A stretch of 64,000 nucleotides of DNA from a virus: positions 9,209 through 73,208 of IMG/VR virus record IMGVR_UViG_3300038393_003172. The stretch is one strand, 5' to 3'. Within the stretch, counting starts at the first letter, position 1; the number at the start of each line of letters is the position of its first letter. Of the stretch, positions 9,400 to 19,602 are shown one piece after another. The notes below the pieces were generated by a model that saw only the letters and a list, made by a program, of their open reading frames with translations, was not told the origin of the DNA and ran no database searches. Both the position numbers and the translations under genes were made by a program.

Positions 9400-9939
9400 T
9401 CACTCCTTAGGCCCGGCGGGCTTTTCCGCCCAGGCGATCACGCGGCCCTCCACCGGACGTCCATCGGCTGCCCAATGCCATCCATCGGCGTCGTGCCACG
9501 CATCGAACACTTCGGGCTGGCCCGCGACGGCCAGCAGCACGGTCTTGCAGGACTCGGGCAGGTGGTTGCGCCCGGCCATGCGGTGCCACACCACGGTTTC
9601 GTGCGCCGTGGCGCGGCCGATCTTGATGCGTGCCTTCGGCGCGGGTGCCGCCAGGTGGGCAAACTCCGCAGCACGCTCGGCCACCACGTACAGCCCCTTC
9701 TGGCGCGGCCCTTTCAGGTTCACCAGCTTCTTGTGCTTCACCAGGTTCCAGACAGTGAACTGGGCGCTGTCGCCCAGTTCGTCCACGATTTCGTCCATCG
9801 TGCGCGGCTCGTTGCAGTAGGCCAGCACCTCCCCAGATGTGCCCATGTTGTAGGAGGCAACGCGCTGGCGCTGTGTGGCCATGAGGTTCACAGGCAGCGT
9901 AACGGGGCCTAGCAGTTGATCGAATGGGCTGGCGTTCAT
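9400..9939 (-). CDS. Hypothetical protein (HTH-like N-terminus)
   Basis: MNASPFDQ start with GGAG RBS. Confidence 0.6.
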   Translation of the reverse strand: MNASPFDQLLGPVTLPVNLMATQRQRVASYNMGTSGEVLAYCNEPRTMDEIVDELGDSAQFTVWNLVKHKKLVNLKGPRQKGLYVVAERAAEFAHLAAPAPKARIKIGRATAHETVVWHRMAGRNHLPESCKTVLLAVAGQPEVFDAWHDADGWHWAADGRPVEGRVIAWAEKPAGPKE

Positions 9940-9941
9940 GG

Positions 9942-11756
9942 TCAGGCTCCCTGTGCCACGCTGATCGCCACCGCCACGTTGCGCACCCAGATGGGCGCCG
10001 CGGAGAGCTGGAACGTCTCGCCGGACCATGCGAGCAGTAGAGTGCGCCCCATCTCGCTGGCTATCGCTTCAGCGGCAGCGGGGGGGACGGCGTTTCCAAT
10101 TCTTTCCCTCCAGTCGCTGTCGCTCAGGCCGTCGAGCTCCAACGCTTCCTCCGGCTCCACCAGCGACTGCATGACGGCGCACTCCCAGGTCGTGAACGGG
10201 CGGTGCCAGGTGCCGTCCTCGGCCACGATCAGCGCGTTGATGTTGTCGGTGGCCGCTGGCAGCAGCCGCGGGTCGGCCACGCTCCAGCGCCCGTTGTCAT
10301 GGCAGGCCGCCGCGCTCACCGCGCCGCTGGTGCCGTCCCATGGCAGCACACCGTAGTGGCCGCCCGTCAGGTAGGCCGCGCGCTCGGCGTCCATGCCGCT
10401 GCGCGGGTCGGCCACGGACAGCCAGCCGCCCTGCACACCCTTGCCGCCCGCGATGACCGTGCGCGAGGGCTCGCCCCACTGCCCGACCACCAGGTTGTTG
10501 CCGTGGCGATCCCATTGCGGGCGCGGGTCGGCCAGCGCCAGCCCGCCCGCCGTGGGGCCAGCGCCGCCGGTGATGGCCGGCGAGGTGTCGCCCATGCGAA
10601 CCACGCGGAACACGTTGTTGTGCCGCACGCCCTCGGGCCGCGGGTCGGCCACGCTGTAGGTGCCGCCGCCGGGCGCGGACTGCCCGGTGATGGCGCCGCT
10701 GGTTTCATCCCAGCGCCGCACGCCGTACTGCTGGTATTGCTTGGCAGCTTCCGGTGCGCGCGGGTCGGCCACGCTGAAGGCGCCGGTGGCCGGGCGCGCG
10801 TTGCCGGTCACCGTGCCGGCGCTGTCGTCCCAGGCATGCACGCCCAGCGCCGTGTTGCGCATGTCGGGCACGATCAGGTAGTCCCGCAGCACTCCGTCCT
10901 GCACCGCCAGCCGGTTGAGGCTGCGCCAGTCCTTGCCGGCCTCCACGAACGCGAGGCGCACCCAGGTCTGCCACTGCAGGCGCGGCAGCCGGTGCATCGG
11001 GCCGGCGCGCATGTCGCCCGGCAGGGGGGCACGCGACAGCACGTCGCCAACGGTCAGCAGCCGGTGCTGTTCCGGCTCGTACAGCAGCGGCGGCACCTTC
11101 TCGGTGTGGCGCGCAACCATCAGGAACCGCTTGCGGCTCTGCGGCAGCTTGCCGATCTTGCCGCAGTCGTGCGTCGTTTCGGCCACGGCGTAGCCGAAGG
11201 CGCGCAGCATGGACTGGATCTTGTCGAGCAGTGCCCGGCCGCGCGTGGCGATCATCGGGACGTTCTCGAAAATGATCAGCTCGGGCGGGTCGTCGCGCCA
11301 TGCCTCCAGCATCAGCCACATGCCGCGAACCGTCAGCTCGCTCAGTGCGATGTACTTTCCCGTGAGACTCTTTTTCGCGGAGAGCAGGCCCGAGAAGGCT
11401 TTGCACGGCGCGGACAGGAACACGATGTGGGGCCGCTCGCCGCCGGCTGCACGCTTAATGTCCTGGGGGGTTGCCTCGTGCCATCCAGCGGGCGGCTGCC
11501 GGCCCCAGAAGCGCACGTACTGGCTGCGGTCGAACAGGTCCAGCACCGTGCCGGGCACACCGGCCAACCGGCCGAAGTCGCGCACCGCAGCGGGGTCCAC
11601 GTCGATGCCGCCGATACAGCGGAAGCGCGCCTCCATGTTCCCGACGCGGGCCTCGCCTTGGTTGAAGCCTTTGGCGCCGCCGCCCAGGCCGGCGAACAGG
11701 TGGAAGTGGCGAATCTCACGCACGTCCGGTGCAAAGGTAATTGCGTCACGTTTCAT
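9942..11756 (-). CDS. C5 cytosine DNA methyltransferase with internal ADPR repeats
   Basis: LFAGLGG (I), SAPCKAFS (IV), FENVP (VI), QSRKR (VIII), IGNAVPP (X). Confidence 0.93.
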   Translation of the reverse strand: MKRDAITFAPDVREIRHFHLFAGLGGGAKGFNQGEARVGNMEARFRCIGGIDVDPAAVRDFGRLAGVPGTVLDLFDRSQYVRFWGRQPPAGWHEATPQDIKRAAGGERPHIVFLSAPCKAFSGLLSAKKSLTGKYIALSELTVRGMWLMLEAWRDDPPELIIFENVPMIATRGRALLDKIQSMLRAFGYAVAETTHDCGKIGKLPQSRKRFLMVARHTEKVPPLLYEPEQHRLLTVGDVLSRAPLPGDMRAGPMHRLPRLQWQTWVRLAFVEAGKDWRSLNRLAVQDGVLRDYLIVPDMRNTALGVHAWDDSAGTVTGNARPATGAFSVADPRAPEAAKQYQQYGVRRWDETSGAITGQSAPGGGTYSVADPRPEGVRHNNVFRVVRMGDTSPAITGGAGPTAGGLALADPRPQWDRHGNNLVVGQWGEPSRTVIAGGKGVQGGWLSVADPRSGMDAERAAYLTGGHYGVLPWDGTSGAVSAAACHDNGRWSVADPRLLPAATDNINALIVAEDGTWHRPFTTWECAVMQSLVEPEEALELDGLSDSDWRERIGNAVPPAAAEAIASEMGRTLLLAWSGETFQLSAAPIWVRNVAVAISVAQGA

Positions 11757-11784
11757 CGAGCGAATCTCCAGGGGGCAAGGTGAT

Positions 11785-11799
11785 GTAGCGCGGCGCTAC
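11785..11799. promoter_or_regulatory. Operator A upstream of the methyltransferase
   Basis: ATGTAGCGCGGCGCTACAT, 19-bp palindrome at 11783-11801. Confidence 0.8.
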
Positions 11800-11858
11800 A
11801 TGGCAGGCATCTTGCCCCCCTTTTGGCGTTAACCAAAGGGCCTAGACGTGTGTATGCG

Positions 11859-12155
11859 CTACCGTTGCGATTGCAACGGAGACTCGCCGTGTTCCTCGCT
11901 CCATGCAGCGCGCATCAGCTCATCGAACTCGGCGCAGTCGTCGCACACCGGAACGCCGAGGTTCTCACCCTTTTCGCAGCACCAGAAGTCGGCCGGCTGC
12001 AGCGCCAGCCGCACCGCCTCCTCCGGCAGGCACTGCGCCGCAGCGACATACGCGATGGCCTTTTCCTGATCGCCGTGGCAACTCCCGTTTAGAGCGTCAT
12101 CGACGGCACGCTTGACGCGCTCCCGGGCGACGATGGGTGCCGTCACTTGCGCCAC
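11859..12155 (-). CDS. Hypothetical protein
   Basis: ORF with WCCEKG..CDDC, in operon. Confidence 0.5.
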   Translation of the reverse strand: MAQVTAPIVARERVKRAVDDALNGSCHGDQEKAIAYVAAAQCLPEEAVRLALQPADFWCCEKGENLGVPVCDDCAEFDELMRAAWSEEHGESPLQSQR

Positions 12156-12475
12156 CCTCGCATCGTGTCGGCCGCGATGGCGGCGTCCATGTGCATGCCG
12201 TAGTCCCGGGCCTTGAAGCCGGGGAAGCGCTGCTCGTAGTCCTTGGACAACTGCTCTGCTTCCTTGTCCAAAGCGGCACAGAATTCTTCAGCAGTGAACA
12301 CGCCCTTCCCAACGAGCATCGCCACCAAGGCCGAAACCTCGGCGCGCAGCAGGATGGTCAGCTCGCGGTGGTCGCGCACCGCATCACTCTCCGGGTCGCC
12401 CTTGGGGCGGGTGCCCAACTGCCAGCCGGCGAACACGGCTCGCCACTTGCACAGGCGCTGCAGGGCCGCACTCAC
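12143..12475 (-). CDS. Hypothetical protein
   Basis: 110 aa, start overlaps the upstream stop. Confidence 0.7.
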   Translation of the reverse strand: MSAALQRLCKWRAVFAGWQLGTRPKGDPESDAVRDHRELTILLRAEVSALVAMLVGKGVFTAEEFCAALDKEAEQLSKDYEQRFPGFKARDYGMHMDAAIAADTMRGWRK

Positions 12476-13422
12476 TTCCGGCCGCCTTTCTTGGTAGCGG
12501 GCTTGGTAGCCACTGGCTTGGCCTTCGCGCTGGGCTTGAGCGCTGGCTTGGCCTTGTCCTGCACGGCCTCGGAGGCCGCATCGGATTCGCCCGGCGCCGC
12601 ATCGGAATTCTGGTTTTCTGCATCGTGCTGGGCGTTTTCTGCATCAACCGCAGCCTGCAGTGCCTCAATCGGGGTCTGCGGCGCATTGGCTGGCGGCGTT
12701 GCTGCCTCGGGCACGGCGTCGATCTGCACGCGCGGCTGTGCGCCAGCGTGCCAGTCCGTCCAGCCCTGCGTCCACTGGAACACCAACTCGTGTCGCACGC
12801 TCGGGCAGGCTTCCTTGGGCAACTCGCGCTCGGCGGCGACCCAGCCGTCTCGGTATGCCTGGTCAAGCTCGGTCTGCAGCGGCATGTGCGGCAGCGCCGG
12901 CACTTCCTTGAATTCCGCGTCGATCACATCGCCTGGCTGGTAGGCGCCCTCCATGCCCTTGCCGTCGCCGTTCGGGTCGTACTCGTGGCCGAGGTCCATC
13001 GCGCGCTGGTCGGGTTCGCCCTTCACACCCTCGGTGTCGCCCATGTGATCCGTGGCTGATGCGACGATGACCAGCACCTCCTGGCCTTGCGAGTCGAACA
13101 GCTCGTGGCGGGCCGGGCAGGTCTTGCTGAACACGAGGCTGCCCTTGATGCCGCTCTTGGTGTTTGCGAAGTTCTCCAGCACCGCCGGAACCGCTGTGCG
13201 GTTGTTGCTGGCGATCAAGTGAACGGCCATCGTGACGGCGGCCTCCACGGCGGTGCGCAGGCGGCCAATGACGTCGTCCTGCTTGTTCTTGGTCAGCTTG
13301 GGCCAAACGTCCGGCAGCATCCGGCACTCCATCACCAGCCGCTCCAGCAGGTCGCGGCCGATGGTGTTGGCCGTCATCTGAAGGGTCTGCTTCATATCGT
13401 CTTGAGAATCACGAGCGCCCAT
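12472..13422 (-). CDS. Conserved phage protein with basic C-terminal tail
   Basis: W.KL....QDDVI.RLR...V..AV.LIAS motif; follows the recombination genes. Confidence 0.75.
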   Translation of the reverse strand: MGARDSQDDMKQTLQMTANTIGRDLLERLVMECRMLPDVWPKLTKNKQDDVIGRLRTAVEAAVTMAVHLIASNNRTAVPAVLENFANTKSGIKGSLVFSKTCPARHELFDSQGQEVLVIVASATDHMGDTEGVKGEPDQRAMDLGHEYDPNGDGKGMEGAYQPGDVIDAEFKEVPALPHMPLQTELDQAYRDGWVAAERELPKEACPSVRHELVFQWTQGWTDWHAGAQPRVQIDAVPEAATPPANAPQTPIEALQAAVDAENAQHDAENQNSDAAPGESDAASEAVQDKAKPALKPSAKAKPVATKPATKKGGRK

Positions 13423-13623
13423 CGCGGGCTCCTTTCATCGTTGGTGGGACTGGACGGCGCGTGCTCTATCGGCCGCGCTCGCTGCCCCGGGTTTCAGCAG
13501 TTGCCAGTGAGAAGAAATAGGGCGGCGGCCTAAGCCGCTCGCGCCGAGCAATTCCTGCGGAGTCGTGGAAGCAGGACGGAGGGAGGAAGCGGCGCTCGGT
13601 ACGCTGGGATCGCCCAGGAACAG

Positions 13624-13848
13624 TTACTTGGCCAGTGCGGTCTTGATGACCTGCTTGGCTGTTTGGTAGTGCTTGCCCTCGGGGGCTCCTTCCGCGTAGC
13701 TGGTCATGCGCTTGCTGCCTGGCCAGTAGTGGACGTTGACCGCGCCGCCGATCACCAACACCCGTCCGTCCGGGTATTCGATGAGCTGCAGTTCTTCCTC
13801 GCGGGCGAGGCGGCGCAGTTCCTTGACTTCTGGATGGAGCTTTGCCAT
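13624..13848 (-). CDS. Small hypothetical protein
   Basis: V.GGAVNVHYWP.SKR.T.Y motif; coupled to the recT stop. Confidence 0.65.
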   Translation of the reverse strand: MAKLHPEVKELRRLAREEELQLIEYPDGRVLVIGGAVNVHYWPGSKRMTSYAEGAPEGKHYQTAKQVIKTALAK

Positions 13849-15185
13849 CAGGCGCCTCGCGTGCCGCGCTTGGAGGCTGGCGCAGGTGCAGGGGCTGGCG
13901 ATGCGTCGCCGATCAGCGAGACTTGGCCACTGGCGCCGGCCTGCCGGTCCTCAACCTCGGCGCGCAGCCGCTGGTACATGCCGGTCAGCATTTCGCGCGC
14001 GTCCTCGTCCTGCACGTCGCGCAGCTCGTCGGCTTTCAGATCCAGGGTGTCGAGGTCGTTCTTGTCGGCCGCGGCCTGCATGCTCTCGGCGAACTTGTCA
14101 GCGTTGAAGGTCGGGGGCTCGGCCTGCTGGCGCTGCTGCTGCGCCGGGGCCTGCGCGGGCGTCTGCGCCTTGTAGTTCTGCGGCACGGCCACCTGCACGC
14201 GCTCGGCGCGCTCCTGCATGATCGGCATGTGGCTCACGTCCACCGCCGGGGTCTGCGGCGCCTCCAGCGCGGCCTGCTGATCGTCAGCGTGGGGGCCGGC
14301 GTCGGGTATGTCCGCGTCGCCGCCCACCACGGCGCGCGCTGCATCCGGGTCTTCGAAGGCCCGCATGTCAACGGCGCCCATGTCGGCCCTGTTGTCAAGC
14401 TCAGCGGCCACAGCCAGCGCGTCGCCGCTGGAAATCGGCAGGATCTTGGCGTGCTTCTTGATGGCCGATTTGGCAGCCATGTCATCGAACCACATCACCC
14501 AGGGCGTTTCGTCCAGCTTCTTGCGGTTGTAGGGCGTGGCGTCCTCTGCCACCTTGCCGGTCAGGCTGACGTAGGTTTCGCTTTTGCTGCGGATTTTGTG
14601 AATTTCCTCCAGCGGCAGAATGCAGGCGGTTTCCTCGCCCGAGGCCAGCATCACATGCGAGAAGGCGCCGATGGGATCGCCACGGTCGCGCATCGTCTTG
14701 GCGTAGCGCAGGAAGGTTTCGCTGCCCTGCATGTGCTCGAAGAAATCGTTCGCATGCACCGTTTCGGCGGTCAGGCGCTTGATGTGCGGCGAGCGGTAGG
14801 CCAGCGTCACGAAGCCGCGCGCGCCGATCTGGAATTGGCACTCGTAGTACTCGACCCACTGGTTGCCTACCTTCTTCTTCTTCTTATAGGGAAGGAGGAA
14901 AGCCTGCTGCTGGATGGTGTTGGGCTCCAGCCCCAGCGCGGCCGAGGCCATCATTGCGCCAAGCACCGAGTGCGGGTCGCACTGCAGCAGCAGCGGCGTT
15001 TTTTTCACCGCGTTGATGCACAGGCTCACCATGCGCTCGGGCGTCATGATCTTGCCGGCCACCGCCGCGATGCCCTTCTTGAAGCGGTCGCTCTGCATCA
15101 TGTCGAAGATGCCGCGGGGTTGCTGCGGGGCCTGGGCCGCCGCCCCGGTGGCTACGGCTTTCAGTGCTTGTGCGCTCATGTTCAC
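13848..15185 (-). CDS. recT: RecT family ssDNA-annealing recombinase
   Basis: L..CDP.SVLGA....A.LGLEPN, QFQIG.RG...LAYRS, PW..WFD.MA.KSAIK. Confidence 0.93.
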   Translation of the reverse strand: MNMSAQALKAVATGAAAQAPQQPRGIFDMMQSDRFKKGIAAVAGKIMTPERMVSLCINAVKKTPLLLQCDPHSVLGAMMASAALGLEPNTIQQQAFLLPYKKKKKVGNQWVEYYECQFQIGARGFVTLAYRSPHIKRLTAETVHANDFFEHMQGSETFLRYAKTMRDRGDPIGAFSHVMLASGEETACILPLEEIHKIRSKSETYVSLTGKVAEDATPYNRKKLDETPWVMWFDDMAAKSAIKKHAKILPISSGDALAVAAELDNRADMGAVDMRAFEDPDAARAVVGGDADIPDAGPHADDQQAALEAPQTPAVDVSHMPIMQERAERVQVAVPQNYKAQTPAQAPAQQQRQQAEPPTFNADKFAESMQAAADKNDLDTLDLKADELRDVQDEDAREMLTGMYQRLRAEVEDRQAGASGQVSLIGDASPAPAPAPASKRGTRGA

Positions 15186-16153
15186 AGTCCTTTGGTGTCG
15201 AATGCCTTGAGGGAGAAAACGCGGCTTTCCCAGGTGCGGGTGAATGCCTTGGCAATGTCCGGGTGGGCTTCCTTCAGCCCGGTTTCATCCAAGTACTTGC
15301 CGCTGCGGTGCTTCCAGTCCAGGGCCTTCTTGCCGTTGGGCAGGATCAGCTCGCCGCATTCGCCCATGGCGCGCTTGATGTCGAATTCCAGCGCCTCGGC
15401 CTCGGCCTCGCATGCCTTGGATTGCTGCTGCAGCGCGCGCAGGCGCAGAACCTTGGAGGTCAGGTCGGCATCGGCGAGCAGCGCCGGCACGTCCGATTGC
15501 TTGGCGTACATCCTGGCTATGTCAGCCAGGTCGATTGGCGGCGGAGGCACGCGCGCAAGCACATGGTTGTTCCAGAAGGCCAGGCCGTGCGCGCGCAGCG
15601 CGGCAATAGTTTCGTCATCACCCATCACCGGGTAGGTACGCAGCTCGTCCGCGCCGAAAAGCGCGGCCAGCATCCCTTTACGGCGGCGCGTCACGCCCAT
15701 GCCCCACATCACCTGCGCGGTGTAGTGAATGGGCAGGTCATCGGTGCCCGATTCGCCCCATTCCTTTGTCTTGAATGGGTGGACAGTCTTGAGTTCCGCG
15801 TTCCAGATCTCCGGGTCGCCGTCCAGCCGCAGTTCAAAGTCGATTTCCGAGGCCATGAAGCCGTACTCAGCGTCTTGGTAGCGGCGGTTGCTCGCCACGA
15901 TCTCCACGGTGTGGCCTTCGTCTTCCAGGCGCTCCACCAGCATTTCGGCCACCGCGCCTTCCCACCGCTGGCCTCGGCGCAGCGCGCCCTTGTTCTTAAC
16001 CTTAGTTTCAGCAGCAGGCGCCGTCTTTTTCTCGTAGAGGGCCATCGGCGTTGTCCACGGGCTGATGCCCATCACCGCGGCTATGTCGCTGCCGCCCAGC
16101 CACTGGCTGCGTTGGGTTTCTGGCGCAAGGAGGGTCAGTTCGCTCATGTCCAT
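15182..16153 (-). CDS. YqaJ-like viral recombination exonuclease
   Basis: LGGSDIAAVMGISPW.TP..LY..K, ELKT, P.HY.AQV; adjacent to recT. Confidence 0.92.
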   Translation of the reverse strand: MDMSELTLLAPETQRSQWLGGSDIAAVMGISPWTTPMALYEKKTAPAAETKVKNKGALRRGQRWEGAVAEMLVERLEDEGHTVEIVASNRRYQDAEYGFMASEIDFELRLDGDPEIWNAELKTVHPFKTKEWGESGTDDLPIHYTAQVMWGMGVTRRRKGMLAALFGADELRTYPVMGDDETIAALRAHGLAFWNNHVLARVPPPPIDLADIARMYAKQSDVPALLADADLTSKVLRLRALQQQSKACEAEAEALEFDIKRAMGECGELILPNGKKALDWKHRSGKYLDETGLKEAHPDIAKAFTRTWESRVFSLKAFDTKGL

Positions 16154-16156
16154 GGT

Positions 16157-16915
16157 TCAGACCCCCGCCTTCTTCACCAGCTTGAGGTTCTTGCGCTGGA
16201 TCTGCGCAGGCCAGTTCCATGCGGGGTGATGCACAACGGTGATGTCGCCGCTCAAGGAAACCACGACGCCCACCAAGCCCGTGAGCGTTTGCACCTTGTC
16301 TCCCACGCGCAGCGGCTCAAATTCCTGCGCCGCCTCGCTGGGCGAGAGCACGCCGGCCTCGGCCCCAGCCAGGCCCATGGCCTCACGCTCGTCGTCGCCT
16401 TCGGCCGGTTGCAATGCGTCCCGCAGCTCGGCCTGGTTCAGCGTGCGCAGGTTCTCGGGCAACAGCAGCAACCGGTTGCCGTCGACCTCGACATAGACGC
16501 CATGGCCGTCCTCGCTGTGGCCGTCAACGCGGCCAATCAAACCTGCCACAGCCTTTGCCAGCTCAAGGGTAAAGGGCCATGGGTCTTGCAACCACAGCGC
16601 ATCGACCATGTCGGTGATGCGAACCATTGCGCCGGGGACGAAGGCCGCCGCGCTGCGCGCTTCTTCGGCCGCGCGCTTGGCGTCCATTTCCGGCGTGGGC
16701 TCGGTCTTGGTAGCGCGCATGCGCTGCAGCACCTGCTGGTTGTGCGTGGGCACCATCTTGGGCACGTACTCCATGCGCCCATCGGGCCCGGTCTTGAACG
16801 TGCCTTGCGGCGTCGTGCGCTGCGTCTGCTCCTTGAGGCGCTGCTGCAGATCGGGCTTGGGCTGGCTCTTGTGGGCGCCGCTGTAGCGGTTGCCGGTGAC
16901 GGTTCCGAGGGACAT
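16157..16915 (-). CDS. Hypothetical protein with two SH3/KOW-like repeats
   Basis: PGAMVRI...GLIGRV...ENL and VGDKVQT..GLVGVV...KNL. Confidence 0.6.
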   Translation of the reverse strand: MSLGTVTGNRYSGAHKSQPKPDLQQRLKEQTQRTTPQGTFKTGPDGRMEYVPKMVPTHNQQVLQRMRATKTEPTPEMDAKRAAEEARSAAAFVPGAMVRITDMVDALWLQDPWPFTLELAKAVAGLIGRVDGHSEDGHGVYVEVDGNRLLLLPENLRTLNQAELRDALQPAEGDDEREAMGLAGAEAGVLSPSEAAQEFEPLRVGDKVQTLTGLVGVVVSLSGDITVVHHPAWNWPAQIQRKNLKLVKKAGV

Positions 16916-17114
16916 GGCGACTCTCCTGTGCGTGTGGTTGCGGATCAGGCCTTGAAGGCGTCCTTGGCCTTCGTCCACAGCTTCTTGGCGCCGCCGTAGC
17001 GCGCGCCGACCTCGGCGCCGATGGCAAAAATCACCACGGCGGTAAGCAGTTCTCCGAGCATTGGGGCTCCTTTATGGAAAGGGCGGCCTCGGCCGCCCGA
17101 TGCGGGTGAAACGC

Positions 17115-17741
17115 TTAGTCGGCGATGGCCTTGAGGACCACTTCGGCGGCGCTGCCGGCGGCCATCAGCTGTTCCATCGTGCAGGTGTCCACGATGTCGA
17201 ACTTGGGCTTGTTGCCCAGCGCATCGCTCAGGTTGTCGTCCAGTTCCTTCAGGAAGGCGCCGGCACCCGCGTCATTGCCGATCTGCACCAGCAGCAGCGT
17301 GAGGTCGTCGTCATTGGCTTGGCTGTTGGCCTGGTCGATGATCACCTTCTTGACCGCGGCCTTGTCGTCGGGTTCGCCGTCGAAGAAGAACACGATGAAG
17401 TCCTTCTTCTCGCTTTTGCCGGCCAGATTGAACGCGGCCTGCAGCCAAAGGTGCATCGGGGTGGAGCCGCCCGGCTCGGTGTCGAACAGTTCGGCTACAT
17501 CGTTCGCGCTGGCGCCGTCCTTGACCACCGGGCTCATGCCCTTGCCGATCACCACGCCCAGCCCGTCGCTGTCGATCTTGGAGAGCGAGTGGGCGAATCC
17601 GAAGGCGGTCTCCTTCATGTAGGCGTTGCGGGTCAGGTCACCGGGGCAGTCGTTGCGCAGCGTGGAAGCGGAAAAGTCGCCGCCCACAACGAAATCGAAC
17701 TCTTGCAGTTTGGTGATGTCGCTCATCAGGTTCTTTCTCAT
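17115..17741 (-). CDS. von Willebrand factor A (vWA) domain protein
   Basis: MIDAS-like DFSAS, GGSTPM, FDGEPDD, VQIGND..A..FL..LDD. Confidence 0.85.
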   Translation of the reverse strand: MRKNLMSDITKLQEFDFVVGGDFSASTLRNDCPGDLTRNAYMKETAFGFAHSLSKIDSDGLGVVIGKGMSPVVKDGASANDVAELFDTEPGGSTPMHLWLQAAFNLAGKSEKKDFIVFFFDGEPDDKAAVKKVIIDQANSQANDDDLTLLLVQIGNDAGAGAFLKELDDNLSDALGNKPKFDIVDTCTMEQLMAAGSAAEVVLKAIAD

Positions 17742-18079
17742 CTGCCGGCGTGGAATGGGGCCGCCGGCATGCCCCGTTGGGAAATCAGTAGAGGCTCAGG
17801 TACGAGAGGCCAAACAGCGCCACTGCGACAACCGCAGGCCAGAACAGCGCCACCTTGTCCAGATGTTTTTGGGTGATCGCCATTGCTACTTCCATCTCAG
17901 CAGGCCGCGCAGCACGCTCAACAGGTCGCGCAATCCGAAGCCGCCGCCACTGCAGTAGTCGGAAGTCAGCCCACCTTTGCAGCGTCGGCCGCACTGGAAG
18001 CACGCACCCATCTGAGCCGCGGCAAGACGCGCTTGCTGGGAAGGGCTGGGTTGCAGTCGGATTTCACGCATGGCGGACC

Positions 18080-18298
18080 TCAGTGGTTCAGTGGGTCGCG
18101 GGCGGGGCAGCCGCTGCCCTGCCGGCATTGCCAGCCGTACTTGCACGGCGGGCAGCCGGGGTCTGACGCAGCTTCCTGTTCCGTTTCGGTGGCGCACTGG
18201 CGCTCGTGGTCTGCCAGTTCGGCGTCCACGCGCGTCGGGTTGATCTCGCGAATAAAGGCCAGGATGCGAATGGCCTTCTGATGCATGGCAGCGCTCAT
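18080..18298 (-). CDS. Small hypothetical protein
   Basis: Coupled ORF with Cys-rich C-terminus. Confidence 0.5.
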   Translation of the reverse strand: MSAAMHQKAIRILAFIREINPTRVDAELADHERQCATETEQEAASDPGCPPCKYGWQCRQGSGCPARDPLNH

Positions 18299-18726
18299 TC
18301 CGGCACCCGCAGGATCGGGTTCACGACCAGGGCCAGCGACGTGCGCGCAGCCTCACTGAGCACCGCCAGTTGCCCGCGCAGCTCGTCGTCATCGAGCGAG
18401 CTGGCGTCCTCGCCGAGCCGCACCAACGCCAGCGCCAGGGAATGCAGGCTCGGGCTCGCAGCGAAAAGGGCGGCCACTGCCTCCGCATTGATGCGGTACT
18501 CGCGGTCCTCGCCCAGCAGGCTCACCACCACGCCCAGCAGCGCGTCCTTGGTGCCGAAGCGCCCGCCCACCTCGGCAAACACGGAGCGCCGATAAGCCGC
18601 GTCCAGCTTGTACGGACCCTCGGGGAAGCGGGCCTGGAACAGTACCGAGGCTCGAGTGTCCTTGGTGTCGTTGACGGCGAGACTGTCAGTGCAGCGGCGA
18701 CGGGGCCACGAAAAAAGGGCTGCCAT
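18295..18726 (-). CDS. Hypothetical protein
   Basis: MAALFSW start; ANA..AA.P.L-like motif. Confidence 0.55.
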   Translation of the reverse strand: MAALFSWPRRRCTDSLAVNDTKDTRASVLFQARFPEGPYKLDAAYRRSVFAEVGGRFGTKDALLGVVVSLLGEDREYRINAEAVAALFAASPSLHSLALALVRLGEDASSLDDDELRGQLAVLSEAARTSLALVVNPILRVPE

Positions 18727-18974
18727 TACTGATGCTCCTTGGGGGTGGTAACGCGCAGGAATACGCGCAGGGCGTACTCCATGTGGTCGCGTAGTGAGTC
18801 GCCTGAGGGCAGGTTTCCGAAGATCGCCTGCAGATGGCTCATGGTCCCGGGCATGGCGGCGACCACAGCGATAGGGGCTAATGCCTTGAGCAGCGCCTTC
18901 TCGCGGTTGCTGAAGGCGTCCGACGCCACGGCCTCGGCCAGCAGTGCGTCGATTTGCAGCGGTGAGGCGTCCAT
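18726..18974 (-). CDS. Small hypothetical protein
   Basis: TAATG coupling at both ends. Confidence 0.6.
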   Translation of the reverse strand: MDASPLQIDALLAEAVASDAFSNREKALLKALAPIAVVAAMPGTMSHLQAIFGNLPSGDSLRDHMEYALRVFLRVTTPKEHQ

Positions 18975-19525
18975 TACGCAGCCCGGCGGTTTGCGTAGTG
19001 CTGCGCATCCAGCGTGCGCTGGTACGTGTCAGCGGCCAGGGATGCGCTGTAGGCGCAGGGGGGGTGCAGCGAGAGGGGTGTGTCGTGCGCGACTTGGCTG
19101 TCGGCGGCCACGGCCTGGGCCTCCCAGGCGCTCACTTGCTCGGCGCTGAAGGGGGTGCGCTCGCCGATCAGCACCTTGCGGCAGCCGCTGGCGTCGGGGA
19201 TGTGGCAGTGGTAGAGCCTGGCGAACGGTGCGCCGTCATCTGTAAAGGTCTGGTACTCGATCCACACCTTTTTGCCGGCGCCCTTGTCGCCGATATAGGC
19301 TTCCATCAGCCTCCAGCCTGGGGCGCACTGCGGAATTTGCGCTTGTTTTGCGCGCTCCGCATTTTCTATATACCGCTCCAACGAAGCCTCCAGATATGTC
19401 GCGCGTGCCGCGTAATAGGAGGCTTCCGCTTTTTCCGTGCTGCCAGGGAAATCAGCGAGTGATTGAGCCTTGGCATTTTGGCCTGCGGTATGCGCGCGGG
19501 CCATAATTTCTTCAAGTTTGCTCAC
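18974..19525 (-). CDS. First gene of the leftward early operon, hypothetical
   Basis: GTG start after GGAGG, downstream of the PL-like promoter. Confidence 0.65.
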   Translation of the reverse strand: MSKLEEIMARAHTAGQNAKAQSLADFPGSTEKAEASYYAARATYLEASLERYIENAERAKQAQIPQCAPGWRLMEAYIGDKGAGKKVWIEYQTFTDDGAPFARLYHCHIPDASGCRKVLIGERTPFSAEQVSAWEAQAVAADSQVAHDTPLSLHPPCAYSASLAADTYQRTLDAQHYANRRAA

Positions 19526-19561
19526 CACAACCTCCATACGGTATTTCGACCGCATGGATGC

Positions 19562-19602
19562 AGTGTAGCGCCGCGCTACGTGTATAGCAAGCGCCGCGCT
19601 AC
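19562..19602 (-). promoter_or_regulatory. PL-like sigma70 promoter with two operator A sites
   Basis: Minus strand TTGCTA-17bp-TACACT; operators at 19565-19579 (perfect) and 19588-19602. Confidence 0.85.

Noticed and set aside
1124-17876. Long plus-strand ORFs (e.g. 1124-2962, 10203-11783, 13842-15635, 15164-16999)
   Set aside because: Antisense shadows of well-supported minus-strand genes in high-GC DNA
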